Shown here: positions 10,353 to 19,850 of the stretch, piece by piece | Layout of the letters: the number at the start of each line of letters is the position of its first letter | Position numbering within the stretch: the stretch's first letter is position 1 | Source: an uncultured Acidobacteriaceae bacterium | Lineage (GTDB): Bacteria > Acidobacteriota > Terriglobia > Terriglobales > Acidobacteriaceae | NCBI GenBank assembly: GCA_963749295.1 | Contig: CAVVMQ010000007.1 | Coordinates: forward strand, 17,708 to 81,707 | Direction: 5' to 3' | DNA length: 64,000 bases | Translations under genes and position numbers: made by a program | Notes under the pieces: generated by a model | Seen by the model: the letters and a program-made list of their open reading frames with translations, nothing else | What the model was told of the DNA's origin: nothing | Databases searched by the model: none

Positions 10353-10922
10353 CGTAACTCTGCTGTTGCGCGTAAAGGGATCGGCCGCTCCATCGACGAC
10401 CGCAATCTTTCGCACGTCTCTTGAATTTCGCTCTCTTTCCCGACCAGGATTGGCACTGGGCAATCGTCAAGGCCAAAGGGATTCCGCCTCAGACTTCGCC
10501 CGAGGCAACGATGACGCCCAACCCGGAGACCCGGACCAGCCTGCCGCTGCAGTACCCGACACGAACACGAACACCGCAGCGCCGACTCAGTCCCCGCCGA
10601 AAGAGCTCGTGTGGGTCGGACACTCTTGTTCCGACTGCCTTTGACCTTGATCTTGATTTCCGCCTGCAGCTGCCCAACTCATGTCGATCGACGCCGACGC
10701 GGCCGTCAGCGGAGCGAAGGGACGCGCGTAGTGGACGGAACCTGCTGTCCGTTGCCTTTGAAGATGATCCCGAACCCGCAGGTGTCACACCCATGCGCGT
10801 ACTTTGCGCAGCGCTGGGGACTTTGATTGGAGTTAGCCCTACTTAGGCACGACAGATTCAGCGGCGGAAATACATATTTAGCGCCATTGTCAACATCAAT
10901 AGTCTCGTGGAACTCACCCGCA

Positions 10923-11273
10923 TCATAGTTCTTCGACATCATTCGGGCTGACTCGGATTTGCACTCCCGCAAGGCGATACGTACTGGTCGCAACGTTTCC
11001 CGGAATTTCCCCCTCCACCTCAAACTTCCCCGGAGCGGCCTTCCTAAAGCGCGTTACGCTAAAACCGTTCGTAAGCCCTGATTGATCCGGCGGCACCTCT
11101 CCGCCTTGAAAGTAGACACCGACGCTATCGAAATTGGGATCACCATCGAATGTGACGGTATAGTGAAGCGTGTCACCGGGGTTGTAGTGGCGCCTGATAG
11201 CCGTGGGACCCTGAGCAGTTTGGGCGATCAACGAGGTTGTAGCCAACGCCAGCAGTGCTAGATTACGCAACAT
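10923..11273 (-). CDS. small secreted hypothetical protein (possibly truncated by a frameshift near 10920-10935)
   Basis: Signal peptide MLRNLALLALATTSLIAQTAQG and a beta-rich body. Its start overlaps the end of the upstream minus-strand ORF by 16 nt. Confidence 0.5.
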   Translation of the reverse strand: MLRNLALLALATTSLIAQTAQGPTAIRRHYNPGDTLHYTVTFDGDPNFDSVGVYFQGGEVPPDQSGLTNGFSVTRFRKAAPGKFEVEGEIPGNVATSTYRLAGVQIRVSPNDVEEL

Positions 11274-12005
11274 TTGTTTCCTCGTGAACTACGAATTCGG
11301 GCAACTTCAAAATCATGGACGAGCTCGCCGAGACGTTTTCTCCCCTCGCCGCTCGAATCAATAGGTGCAGCGGCAATAGGATCACAAAGCTTTTGCTGGC
11401 GTTCCGTGGGTTCTCTGAAAATGGAGTTCCCATACGAAAGATATATCTGGTGACTGAACGTGACCCCGCTAGCCACAGAATGGCCGATGTTCTTTATGTG
11501 GGGACGGATGTTTATTCGAGATTCGCCAGTCTTCGGAAAGATGAATCCTGGTGGATCAACAGTAAGTGTGACCGTCAACCAAGGCCGCTCTACTTGTTCA
11601 AGTTGTTTGCGGGCAATTCCAGAGCGGTCGTGGCGGCATAAGAGGCTTTGATCATTTCCTTCCACTGGTTGATAGTAGTAAGTGTGTAGGCCAAGATGAC
11701 GAGGAATGTGCCGAGGGTAATCCAAAATCCCCAGCCTTCCGAAGCCGCCTTATTGCTTGTCGCCTCTTTTTGGCACCCTCCTCCTTGGTCTTGGTTTCTG
11801 GTATCTGAACTACGGCGATGACCCCGGTGGGAACGTTGTTTTCATTCTTGCCAATGCCGCTATTCCTATCGGTGCTACCTTGTGCTTGTATCGGCTCAAT
11901 GGCCGGTTGAATTGGAGTGTTAGATTTTGAGCGAAACCACGAAACTACACCCAGAATACCGAGAACGGCCAAAGGCCACAGTGAAGGTTTGTCGTCAGAT
12001 GCCAA
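11258..12005 (-). pseudogene. membrane protein split over three reading frames as sequenced
   Basis: Frame 1 (11652-12005) encodes MASDDKPSLWPLAVLGILGVVSWF (TM1). Frame 2 (about 11590-11760) encodes WGFWITLGTFLVILAYTLTTINQWKEMIKAS (TM2; found by manual translation, not in the ORF track). Frame 3 (11258-~11600) encodes a beta-rich soluble domain, ERPWLTVTLTVDPPGFIFP... Confidence 0.4.
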
Positions 12006-12015
12006 ACGTCACCCC

Positions 12016-12167
12016 ATGAAACAACCTGAATACAGAGAAGGCCCGGTAGAACTGGAGAACTTAAGCGGCTGGCGAGCGCGATTCTACAAGCTCCGGCAAA
12101 AAAGAAAAAGAGGCAAACTGAGAAGTCTGCCTCTGTAAGAAAGCCGAAGAAATCCGACGGCGACTAG
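12016..12167 (+). pseudogene. small Lys-rich protein (about 50 aa) interrupted by a 1-nt deletion near 12060
   Basis: ATG at 12016 gives MKQPEYREGPVELEN. After one missing T in gagaacTTaag, the text reads FKRLASAILQAPAKKKKRQTEKSASVRKPKKSDGD and stops at TAG 12165-12167. Confidence 0.4.
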
Positions 12168-12765
12168 AGGGGGACTCGCGTCTCCCCGCCTCTGTCGGCG
12201 CGTGATGTGGCGAATCGCTGTTTCCCGCTAGATCGGTGTAAGTGAAGCGGCCAGCGAGCACACGACGGGCGACGGTGGCGAAGCGGTCAGCATTGTAACT
12301 TACGGTCGGCGTCCTTGCGACGTAAGGAAGCCGCCCCTATGGAAGCTCCTAAAACCGCCATAGGATTTCCACAGGCCAACCCTGTGACATCTGACCTTGC
12401 GCACAGCCCACAATTCGTCGCATCATTGCCCAAGCAAAGGCAGTAGAGTCAGTTGCGCCACCCGAGAAGGAATCGGAACGCAACTCCTTTATCCCCAAGA
12501 TTTTACCCGTAAGTGATTGATTCCAATATATTATTTCGCGTTTTTCCGCTAACTCAAAGATTCCAATAGACCGAGGGGGGAGGGGGTAGCGGGTAGTAAA
12601 CTCCCTCCCCAAAAAAGAACCATCCACACGCCTTGACAGCACTCTTAATTGCTTTGTTCTTTCTGCTTTTTTCTCTGTGTCTCTATGGTGAAAGCTCTTT
12701 GTAAGGCGCTAATGCTGCCGTGCTAAACTGGCCTCAAATCCCACATCAAGGACAGGCGACAGGCG

Positions 12766-13464
12766 ATGAAATTTGGAGTCATCATCTTTCCCGGCTCGAA
12801 CTGCGATCACGATGCGTTCTGGACGATTCAGCAAGTCGCGCGGCAGCCCGTGACTTTTCTGTGGCATGAATCGCATGATCTGGAGAATTGCGATGCCATC
12901 ATCGTCCCCGGAGGGTTTGCCTTTGGCGACTACCTGCGCACTGGCGCGATTGCGAAGTTCTCTCCGGTGATGGAGTCGGTGCGCCGCTTTGCCGACGACG
13001 GCGGACTGGTGCTCGGAATCTGCAACGGTTTTCAGATCCTGTGCGAGGCAGGGCTTTTGCCGGGGGCGCTCATGCGCAACACCGGATTGAAATACGTCTG
13101 CAAGCCGGTGCAGGTGCGAGTGGAGAATGCTTCCACTCCTTTCACCAACGCCTGTTCGCAGGGAGAAGTGTTGACCATCCCCATCGGCCACATGGAAGGG
13201 AACTACTTCTGCGATCAGGCGACGTTGCACGAGTTGCATCGCGACAACCGCATCGTATTTCGCTATTCCACGCCGGCCGGTGAGATTTCGCCCTCCGCCA
13301 ATCCGAACGGTTCTCTGGACAACATCGCCGGCATCTGCAACGCGGGCGGCAACGTGGTCGGGATGATGCCTCATCCCGAACGGTCATCCGAACCCGCACT
13401 CGGCGGTACTGACGGGATGAAGGTTTTCCATTCCATGGTGGGGGCAGCAGTACCTAGTACCTAG
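12766..13464 (+). CDS. purQ: phosphoribosylformylglycinamidine synthase subunit PurQ (glutaminase)
   Basis: [16 protein letters not shown]..., nucleophile elbow GICNGFQIL, and MPHPER at the C-terminus. The stop codon lies inside the AGTACCT heptamer array. Confidence 0.95.
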   Translation: MKFGVIIFPGSNCDHDAFWTIQQVARQPVTFLWHESHDLENCDAIIVPGGFAFGDYLRTGAIAKFSPVMESVRRFADDGGLVLGICNGFQILCEAGLLPGALMRNTGLKYVCKPVQVRVENASTPFTNACSQGEVLTIPIGHMEGNYFCDQATLHELHRDNRIVFRYSTPAGEISPSANPNGSLDNIAGICNAGGNVVGMMPHPERSSEPALGGTDGMKVFHSMVGAAVPST

Positions 13465-13640
13465 TACCTAGTACCTGGTACCGAGTACCGAGACCTCGGG
13501 CTCGCGGCTGCTGCTCCTGTTCCAGGGAACAGCGCAAGACCAAGATTCCTCAGCCCCTCGCTTTCGCTCGGGGGTGGGAACGACAATGATTCGCGGAGAG
13601 TCGAGCACTGGGTGCTAGGTACTGGCTACTGGGTACTCAG
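13449..13640. repeat. heptamer-periodic inverted repeat (AGTACCT x7 left arm, GTACTGG-type x5 right arm) enclosing a REP-like core
   Basis: Left arm 13449-13497 and right arm 13605-13640. The interior contains cccctcgctttcgctcggggg, related to the arm sequence of the palindrome at 27.1 kb. Confidence 0.85.
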
Positions 13641-13777
13641 GCCGCGTTTTCCACTCCATGCACATAAATACTGTTTGATAATTTGCAAGCTTGGTGCTAG
13701 TGTCTCGCCGAAGCGGCTTCCTCCCTTCGCCCCCGGAACTAAAACGTGCATGCAAGTGCAAGGGAGGAGTGTGCCCG

Positions 13778-14368
13778 ATGACGGCGAAGCAGATTCTCGA
13801 TGCCTTTTCTGAAACGTTAATGCAGGATGAACGGATTCTCAGCCCGCGAGAGCGGGAGTTGTTGATGAGTCTCCTGCAAACCTCCAGGGCGGTCTCCAGC
13901 AGCAATCCAGAAACACAATCGGCGGTAAACGCAACCATAGCTCGCTCGGTGGGTGAAACCGTAGCGCAACGCGCTTTTGCGTTGTTAGGCGGCAGCATTG
14001 TGGAGCAGATCCTGGCTAGCTCGGGAATCCCTGCCGGGACAGAAGAGACGATGCCGGCCACGGTTCCGTTCGCTGGATCGCCGGGCGCCCCGCAGCCGCC
14101 ACAAGGGCCGGGGCCGCACGTCCGAACGCCGCAGCCTCCAGGAACGACTCCGGGTCCGGGCGCTCCGCAGCCTCCGCAAGGACCGGGGCCGCACATCAGC
14201 GCCTTCCGGCCATCAAGCGTACCTGTGCAATTCCTGTTCAACAAGGAGCACAGCAAAGCCACGCTGACTCAGGCAACGGCGTGGGAGTTTTGGATGCGCC
14301 CGCGATCGTGCGAGCGCAATGCGTTGTCCTGGACGAGTTCCTGGCGCCGCAAGAACTCGACGAACTGA
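13778..14368 (+). CDS. hypothetical protein with a helical N-terminus and a duplicated GAPQPPQGPGPH proline-rich repeat
   Basis: SD AGGGAGGAG (13761-13769) lies 8 nt before the ATG at 13778. Two 37-nt near-identical DNA repeats (14083-14119 and 14158-14194). The 3' end overlaps the next gene by 88 nt, so the true stop, or a fusion with the next gene, is uncertain. Confidence 0.55.
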   Translation: MTAKQILDAFSETLMQDERILSPRERELLMSLLQTSRAVSSSNPETQSAVNATIARSVGETVAQRAFALLGGSIVEQILASSGIPAGTEETMPATVPFAGSPGAPQPPQGPGPHVRTPQPPGTTPGPGAPQPPQGPGPHISAFRPSSVPVQFLFNKEHSKATLTQATAWEFWMRPRSCERNALSWTSSWRRKNSTN

Positions 14369-14937
14369 TTAGCTTTGCACTGCAGCAAGAGGCAGAGTTT
14401 GAAAGCAGCGGCGTAGTTTCGCCCAGCGGAGATCCAGGAGTAATCGATTACAACCATCGTCGCTCCCGGGTGCTGATGGATTTGGGAAAGCATGAGCAAG
14501 TCATGCTGGAGCGAATCCGCGGCGTGCTGCCTAGAGTGCTGGAGCAGCTGGGAATGGAAGAGTTTCCGGTCACGCGCGTGGAGGCTCAGATCACGGCCAG
14601 CAATGACGGCGACTTTTTCGGGGCGCACAGCGACGCTTCGCACGAACTGATTGCGTCTCGGCGCCTTACGTTCGTTTACTTTTTCCATCGCGCACCACGC
14701 CAGTTCGAAGGCGGGGAGTTGCGCTTGCACGATTCGCGAGGGAGCGAGCGGCCTGCCGGTTCGGGCAGTTATCAGACGGGCGGTTACCAGACGGGCGGTT
14801 ATCAAAGGATCGTGCCGCAGCAAAACCAAATCGTGTTTTTCCCGTGCTCGCTGTTGCACGAGATTACCCCAGTGGAATGCCCGTCGCGGGCTTTCGCTGA
14901 CAGCCGCTTCACCTTGAACGGATGGCTACACAACTAA
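14281..14937 (+). CDS. 2OG-Fe(II) oxygenase, prolyl-4-hydroxylase-like (PF13640-type)
   Basis: HxD in GAHSDAS, distal His in LLHEITPV, 2OG-binding Arg in SRFTLNGW, and the N-terminal VVLDEFLAPQELDELI motif typical of this family. Confidence 0.8.
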   Translation: MGVLDAPAIVRAQCVVLDEFLAPQELDELISFALQQEAEFESSGVVSPSGDPGVIDYNHRRSRVLMDLGKHEQVMLERIRGVLPRVLEQLGMEEFPVTRVEAQITASNDGDFFGAHSDASHELIASRRLTFVYFFHRAPRQFEGGELRLHDSRGSERPAGSGSYQTGGYQTGGYQRIVPQQNQIVFFPCSLLHEITPVECPSRAFADSRFTLNGWLHN

Positions 14938-15971
14938 GAGACACGGCATGGCTTGAATGGATCGCAGGCCTGATGGGGGTGGGGTCGCGGCAAACCCTTA
15001 CCGCGACGCTGCCCCCCGGGCAATTTCATTGCCTGCTCGACGAGTTGCCGTTGCACTTGATTCCGCAGCGGCAGCTTCAGTCACAATGCTGGTGGCTGAA
15101 CTTCTCTCCTCGGCAGTTGTTCTTCAATCCGCAGTGTTCGGTCCTGCCCGCGGGGCGGCTGCCGGCGGAACTCGAATCACATCCGCATTTAGTAAAACAT
15201 TTCAATTTGCAGGGAACTGTGGCTTGGGTGCGCGACCCGGCAAATGGTTCGCTGAATCCATTTTGGCTGGGTCCGCGCCTGGAAGCGGCGGTTGCGCGTA
15301 TTCGGGCAGGGGAATCTGTGCCCGCGTCCACTCCGGCAGACGTGTGCAGGTTGCTGGCTGGCGCCGGCATTCTGACTCCGGAGGGTCATGCCGAGCGGCG
15401 TCTCGCAGAGTGGGCGGAGATCGTCAGCAAAGGCTCCCCTTACTTTCGAGAAAACGGATACGTGCCTGTCGGGCGGTTGATTCACCCTTTCAATCTCGCG
15501 GCTCTACGCCGGTACTACCGGCATGCCATCCGGCGAAGGGCGATTCGACTCGGAGATGAGCAGAGTTCGCGGCGATACGTAGCCCACAATGAGGCTGTCG
15601 CACGCTTCTTCCATCACCAGATTGCGAACGCCGTCAGCGCCATTGTGGGAGAAGCGATCAAGCCGTCGTATGTTTATTTCGGGTCGTACTTGAGCGGCGC
15701 CGAACTGAAGAAGCATACCGATCGGCAACAGTGTGAGTTCAGCGTTACGTTATGTTTGGATTTTTCTCCCGAACCGGAGCTGGCAACATCGTGGCCCATA
15801 CTTCTGGATACTCCGGAAGGCACGGTCAAGGTTTATCAGGCGCTGGGCGATGGCCTGGTCTACCGCGGAACGAAGGTTCCTCATTACCGGCATGTGCTGG
15901 CCGAAGGACTTAATTCGACATCCATTTTCTTTCATTACGTGCCGGCGGATTTCGCGGGTTCGTTGGAATGA
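14922..15971 (+). CDS. hypothetical protein with a C-terminal HxD...H double-stranded beta-helix (dioxygenase-like) domain
   Basis: The ATG at 14922 overlaps the upstream stop (ATGGCTACACAACTAA). KKHTDRQQ (HxD), PHYRH (distal His) and TSIFFHYV are present. The N-terminal ~210 aa have no recognisable motif. Confidence 0.7.
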   Translation: MATQLRDTAWLEWIAGLMGVGSRQTLTATLPPGQFHCLLDELPLHLIPQRQLQSQCWWLNFSPRQLFFNPQCSVLPAGRLPAELESHPHLVKHFNLQGTVAWVRDPANGSLNPFWLGPRLEAAVARIRAGESVPASTPADVCRLLAGAGILTPEGHAERRLAEWAEIVSKGSPYFRENGYVPVGRLIHPFNLAALRRYYRHAIRRRAIRLGDEQSSRRYVAHNEAVARFFHHQIANAVSAIVGEAIKPSYVYFGSYLSGAELKKHTDRQQCEFSVTLCLDFSPEPELATSWPILLDTPEGTVKVYQALGDGLVYRGTKVPHYRHVLAEGLNSTSIFFHYVPADFAGSLE

Positions 15972-16008
15972 GTAGAGCTGGTCCGTGGCGAAAGTACGGC
16001 CCGGAAAG

Positions 16009-16076
16009 CCAGCGCCTAAAGGCGCGTTCACAGTGGTGCGTTTGCGGCACGCATGAATGCGTGCCCTGATACGAGG
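16009..16076 (-). repeat. double-hairpin REP-like element (tcgtatcagggc family), inverted copy
   Basis: The reverse complement reads ctcgtatcagggcacgcattcatgcgtgccgcaaacgcacc...gcgcctttaggcgctggc, the same architecture as the copies at 35289 and 37894. Confidence 0.7.
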
Positions 16077-16093
16077 CTTGCTTGCACGGGCTG

Positions 16094-18650
16094 CTAGTGT
16101 AAGCCCGAGATCAAATAGAGAACGGAGGAAACCTGGTAGTAGCTGTAGGCGAAGCGCGAAGCGTCGCGAGTCACTACCACGGGAGCTATGTTGACCACGC
16201 CTACGGTGGTGTCGGGCTGCAACTCCTTAAGGAGAGTTTTATCGCCGGAAACGAGGTTTACCTTGTACACACTGGTTGGAACCTGGCCGGGAAGATATCC
16301 ATAGACAGAAGAACCGTCTTCTGACCACTGGACTGGAATAAAACTGGGTTCAAGGCCGGGTATGGGACGGGGAGTGCCAGCGCCGGCAGAAGTAGGATAG
16401 ACCGCGATTCCTCTCGCATGGTCGACATGAAGAATGTACTGGCCGTCAGGTGAAATTAAGCTGCCCGTCATGCCTTCCGGCGTAATCGGCGTTGGTTTGC
16501 CTCCGTCTAAGCTCACAAGATAGGTGCGCACAGCGTGGCCGGGTTCGTTGGCGTTGAGTGTGATGTGCTTTCCGTCTCCCAGGAAATGAGCAACACCATT
16601 GTCAATGTGCTCAAGGCCGGTTATGGCGATCGCGCGGGCTTGACCGGGACCGAGGGGGACGAGCGTCACCCGGCCTGGGGTTCCCGGGGAAATGGAAATC
16701 GCCCATTTGCCGTCGGGGGAAAGCTTACCGGCGCTTCCTACGCCCAGTTGCACGGGCGGCGTTCCGTCGATTTTGCGGATGACGAGTGAATAGTTGGCCC
16801 CCGCCGCTTCGCTGGAATCCTCAAACAAGACTGACTGTCCATCCGGCGAAATGTCCTTGGCAAGGTTCCAATCGTGCCAGGAAAGATCCACGTTCTTGCC
16901 GTCCCGAGCGGTTGTGGCCAGGGCAAGACGTTCGGAATCCAGGCTCACCAATACTCTGCCGTCCGGCGCCATATCTTCCAAGGTCATGCCCGTGGGCAAG
17001 GCGAGGATCTTGCGAAGCCGTCCGGAAAGATTGACTGCCATTAGTTCGCGGTTGAGACCCTTTCCGGCGCCTGTAAACCAGATTTCTTTCCCATCGGGAC
17101 TCCAGGTCAGGCCGTCCTCAGACTCCCACTCGGTCGAAAGCACAGTGACGTGTCCGCCGAGGTCCACGAAAGAAAGGTGCCCGCGGTCATCCCACGGTGC
17201 AGAGTGGTCCATAAAGGCAATTTTGTCTCCTTGAGGAGAAAACCGAAGATGGCTGATCCAGCCGCTGTTTTGGTATAGGGCATGGCCAATCGGATACTCA
17301 ATTTGATCACGGCCCTGGGTATGGTGGACCACCGCTAGTTCACCGTTTGCATCCCAGTCTGCCCATCGAACATCTTCGAGGACCTCTCGGGGAGAACCTC
17401 CGGCAAGGGGTGTGCGGGCGAGCATGCCTCCTTCTGTCTCGAGGTGCGCCCCCCGGTGACTCCCGTGGAGAGCAACCGCGAGTTCGCCAGTGCGAGACAT
17501 CGCGAGCAGCTTTGCATCCGCGAGGTTTAGTGGCTGACTCAACAGGGAATCGCCGACGGTTGAGAAGAGCTGCAGCGGCTTGCCATTCCATGCCGCACCG
17601 TAAACGATCGACCGAAAGTCGGGCGAGAAGCGCGCCGAATACACTGTGCCTGCTTCATAGGTTAAACGCCGATAAGAGGGAGTTTGGCTGCGCTGTTGCC
17701 ACACATTGCCCAGTAGGAGCAATGTTGCAACCAGAAAAACTGCCGCTCACCGCCCATGGAACGATTTTCGTTTGCTGCCTGGGGGGCCTTAGACGGATTG
17801 GGCCAGAAGCGTTGGCCAGAGTATCCAGCGCAAACGCCAGATCGCGTGCCGATTGAAAGCGATTCTCCGGTTCCTTCTCCAGGCAGTGGCGCACAATTTG
17901 CTGAAACGCTACTGGAACGCTGGCCTGCTCGAGATTGATTTCCGGAGGATTCTCGAGCAGCACTGCGGTCATGGTGTCGACCTCGGTTTCGCCCCGAAAG
18001 GCCCGGCGCGCGGTCAACATTTCGTAGAGAATCGCGCCCACGCTGAAGATGTCGCTGCGGTGGTCCACGGCCTTGGCCCGCAGTTGCTCGGGTGACATAT
18101 AGGCGACGGTGCCGACGACAACGCCGCTCCGGGTCACCGTGGTCAGATCCTCAACGGAACGTCCGGATTCCCCCGGCGCAGGTTGCAGTTTTGCCACTCC
18201 GAAGTCGAGAATCTTCACCCGGCCTTCGGTCGTTACGAACAGGTTTTCAGGTTTCAGATCCCGATGAACGATGCGGCGATCATGCGCCGCGATCAGGCCC
18301 TGGACGATTTGCAGCGCGTAGTCGAGGGCGAGACGAACTGGCAGGGGTCCTTCTGCCAGGCGTTTGCGCAGGGTCTTGCCTTGGAGCAATTCGCAAACGA
18401 TATAGGGAGATCCGTCGGCAAAGCCCACGTCGTAAATGGCTACGATATTGGGATGATTGAGCGCGGCCGCGGCGCGGGCTTCCTGTTCGAAGCGGCGGAG
18501 ATGGTCGGGATTTTCGCTGGAAGCCGGCCGGATCATCTTCAGGGCTACGTCGCGCCCCAGCCTTTCATCGCGCGCGCGAAAGACTTCGCCCATGGCTCCG
18601 GAGCCAATTTTTTCGATAATCCGGTAATGACCTATGACCTTGCCAGTCAT
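16094..18650 (-). pseudogene. Ser/Thr protein kinase with a TM segment and a C-terminal TolB-like beta-propeller, frameshifted at ~17747 as sequenced
   Basis: Fragments 17655-18650 (kinase: GSGAMGEVF, HRDLKPEN, DFG, SPE) and 16094-17722 (WD40-like propeller). Removing one base at 17747 yields WAVAAVFLVATLLLLGNVWQQ, a TM helix joining the two. Confidence 0.85.
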
Positions 18651-18765
18651 GGCGAGAACGCACCCGCTGGCATGTTAGGTGGCATGTTCATTGCAGTCAA
18701 TCACCTAATAGAGCTACTGAACCTACCCGATGGGGGAGTATTGACGCGACTGGACGCATCCATCG

Positions 18766-18774
18766 TGCTATAAT
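18766..18774 (+). promoter_or_regulatory. possible extended -10 promoter element TGcTATAAT upstream of yebC
   Basis: TGCTATAAT lies 92 nt upstream of the yebC ATG. No well-spaced -35 is present (TTGACG sits 22 nt away). Confidence 0.25.
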
Positions 18775-18865
18775 CCATTTTCGCCTGCACACTTTCGAGG
18801 CAGCCTGTGAGCTTTCTACGGGCGAATCCCGCGTCAACTAAGATCATTAGATCCGAGGTCTAGCC

Positions 18866-19615
18866 ATGTCTGGCCATTCAAAGTGGGCCACAATCAAGCA
18901 CAAGAAGGGCGCGCTGGACGCCAAGCGCGGCAAGATTTTTACCCGCCTCATCAAGGAAATCAGCATTGCCGCGAAGAATGGCGGCGGCGATCCGGATTCC
19001 AACCCGCGTTTACGCGGCGCCATCGTTGCCGCCAAAGCCGAAAACATGCCTGCCGATAACATTAAGCGGGCGATTCAGCGGGGCACGGGTGAACTGCCGG
19101 GGGCGACCTACGAGGAGTTTTCTCTCGAGGGCTATGGTCCCGGTGGGGTCGCGATTCTGCTCGACATCAATACCGACAATCGCAACCGCACGGTCAGCGA
19201 AATCCGCCACTGCTTTGGCAAGAATGGCGGCAATATGGCCGAGGCTGGCGCCGTTTCCTGGATGTTCCACAAGAAGGGCGACATCATCATTCCCAAGAAC
19301 GCCGCGAAAGAGGACGACTTGATGAACATCGTGCTCGAAGCCGGCGGCGAAGATCTGAACGATGATGGCGAGAATTGGGAGATACTGACCGAGCCCTCCG
19401 CCTTCGAAACTGTGCTCGAAGCGGTGAAGAAAGCTGGAATCGAGCCGGCATCGTCGAGCGTGGCGATGATTCCTCAAAACTACATCAAGTTGGAAGGTCA
19501 GGCGGCCAGCACCATGATCCGGCTTATGGAGGCGCTGGAAGATCAGGACGATGTGCAGAACGTTCACTCCAACTTCGACATCGATCAGAAGCTGCTTGAA
19601 GAAGTCGCCGGGTAA
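18866..19615 (+). CDS. yebC: YebC/PmpR family DNA-binding transcriptional regulator
   Basis: [32 protein letters not shown] is the signature N-terminus of this family. Confidence 0.95.
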   Translation: MSGHSKWATIKHKKGALDAKRGKIFTRLIKEISIAAKNGGGDPDSNPRLRGAIVAAKAENMPADNIKRAIQRGTGELPGATYEEFSLEGYGPGGVAILLDINTDNRNRTVSEIRHCFGKNGGNMAEAGAVSWMFHKKGDIIIPKNAAKEDDLMNIVLEAGGEDLNDDGENWEILTEPSAFETVLEAVKKAGIEPASSSVAMIPQNYIKLEGQAASTMIRLMEALEDQDDVQNVHSNFDIDQKLLEEVAG

Positions 19616-19636
19616 CGTCGCATCTGGATTTGCCGC

Positions 19637-19666
19637 AGCCGCCCCTTGCGGGCGGCTTTATTTCTT
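19637..19666 (+). terminator. rho-independent terminator after yebC
   Basis: agccgccc-cttgc-gggcggct stem (8 bp) followed by ttatttctt. Confidence 0.7.
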
Positions 19667-19850
19667 GCAGGAAACGTTAGGGCGAAAAAGTTTTCAACAC
19701 AACCGTGGATAATTCTGTGGAAAAGCGCGAATGTATCTTTGTAAGTGATGCAACGAGAGATGGTTCAGCATTTTGCACTGGAGCAAGTGCTGGCACTCTT
19801 GTGCTGCAACCTTCGGCGCGCAGCGCACGATTCTTGATCCAGAGCGCAGA

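Noticed and set aside
12349-12642. 97-aa minus-strand ORF in the AT-richer segment before purQ
   Set aside because: It has no SD, no recognisable motif and odd composition. The region may be degraded or regulatory DNA, and it is discussed in the finding on the 9-12.7 kb region.
13449-13640. Heptamer arrays considered as a CRISPR-like or microsatellite locus
   Set aside because: The units are only 7 nt with no spacers, and no cas genes are nearby. They form inverted arrays, so they are hairpins and not CRISPRs.
13615-14262. Minus-strand ORF encoding a Cys/Gly/Pro repeat (CGPGPCGGCGAPG x2)
   Set aside because: It mirrors the plus-strand Pro-rich gene. The plus strand has a strong SD (AGGGAGGAG), a helical N-terminal domain and operon continuity with the oxygenase genes, whereas the minus-strand ORF has no SD. 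I cannot fully exclude it without expression data.
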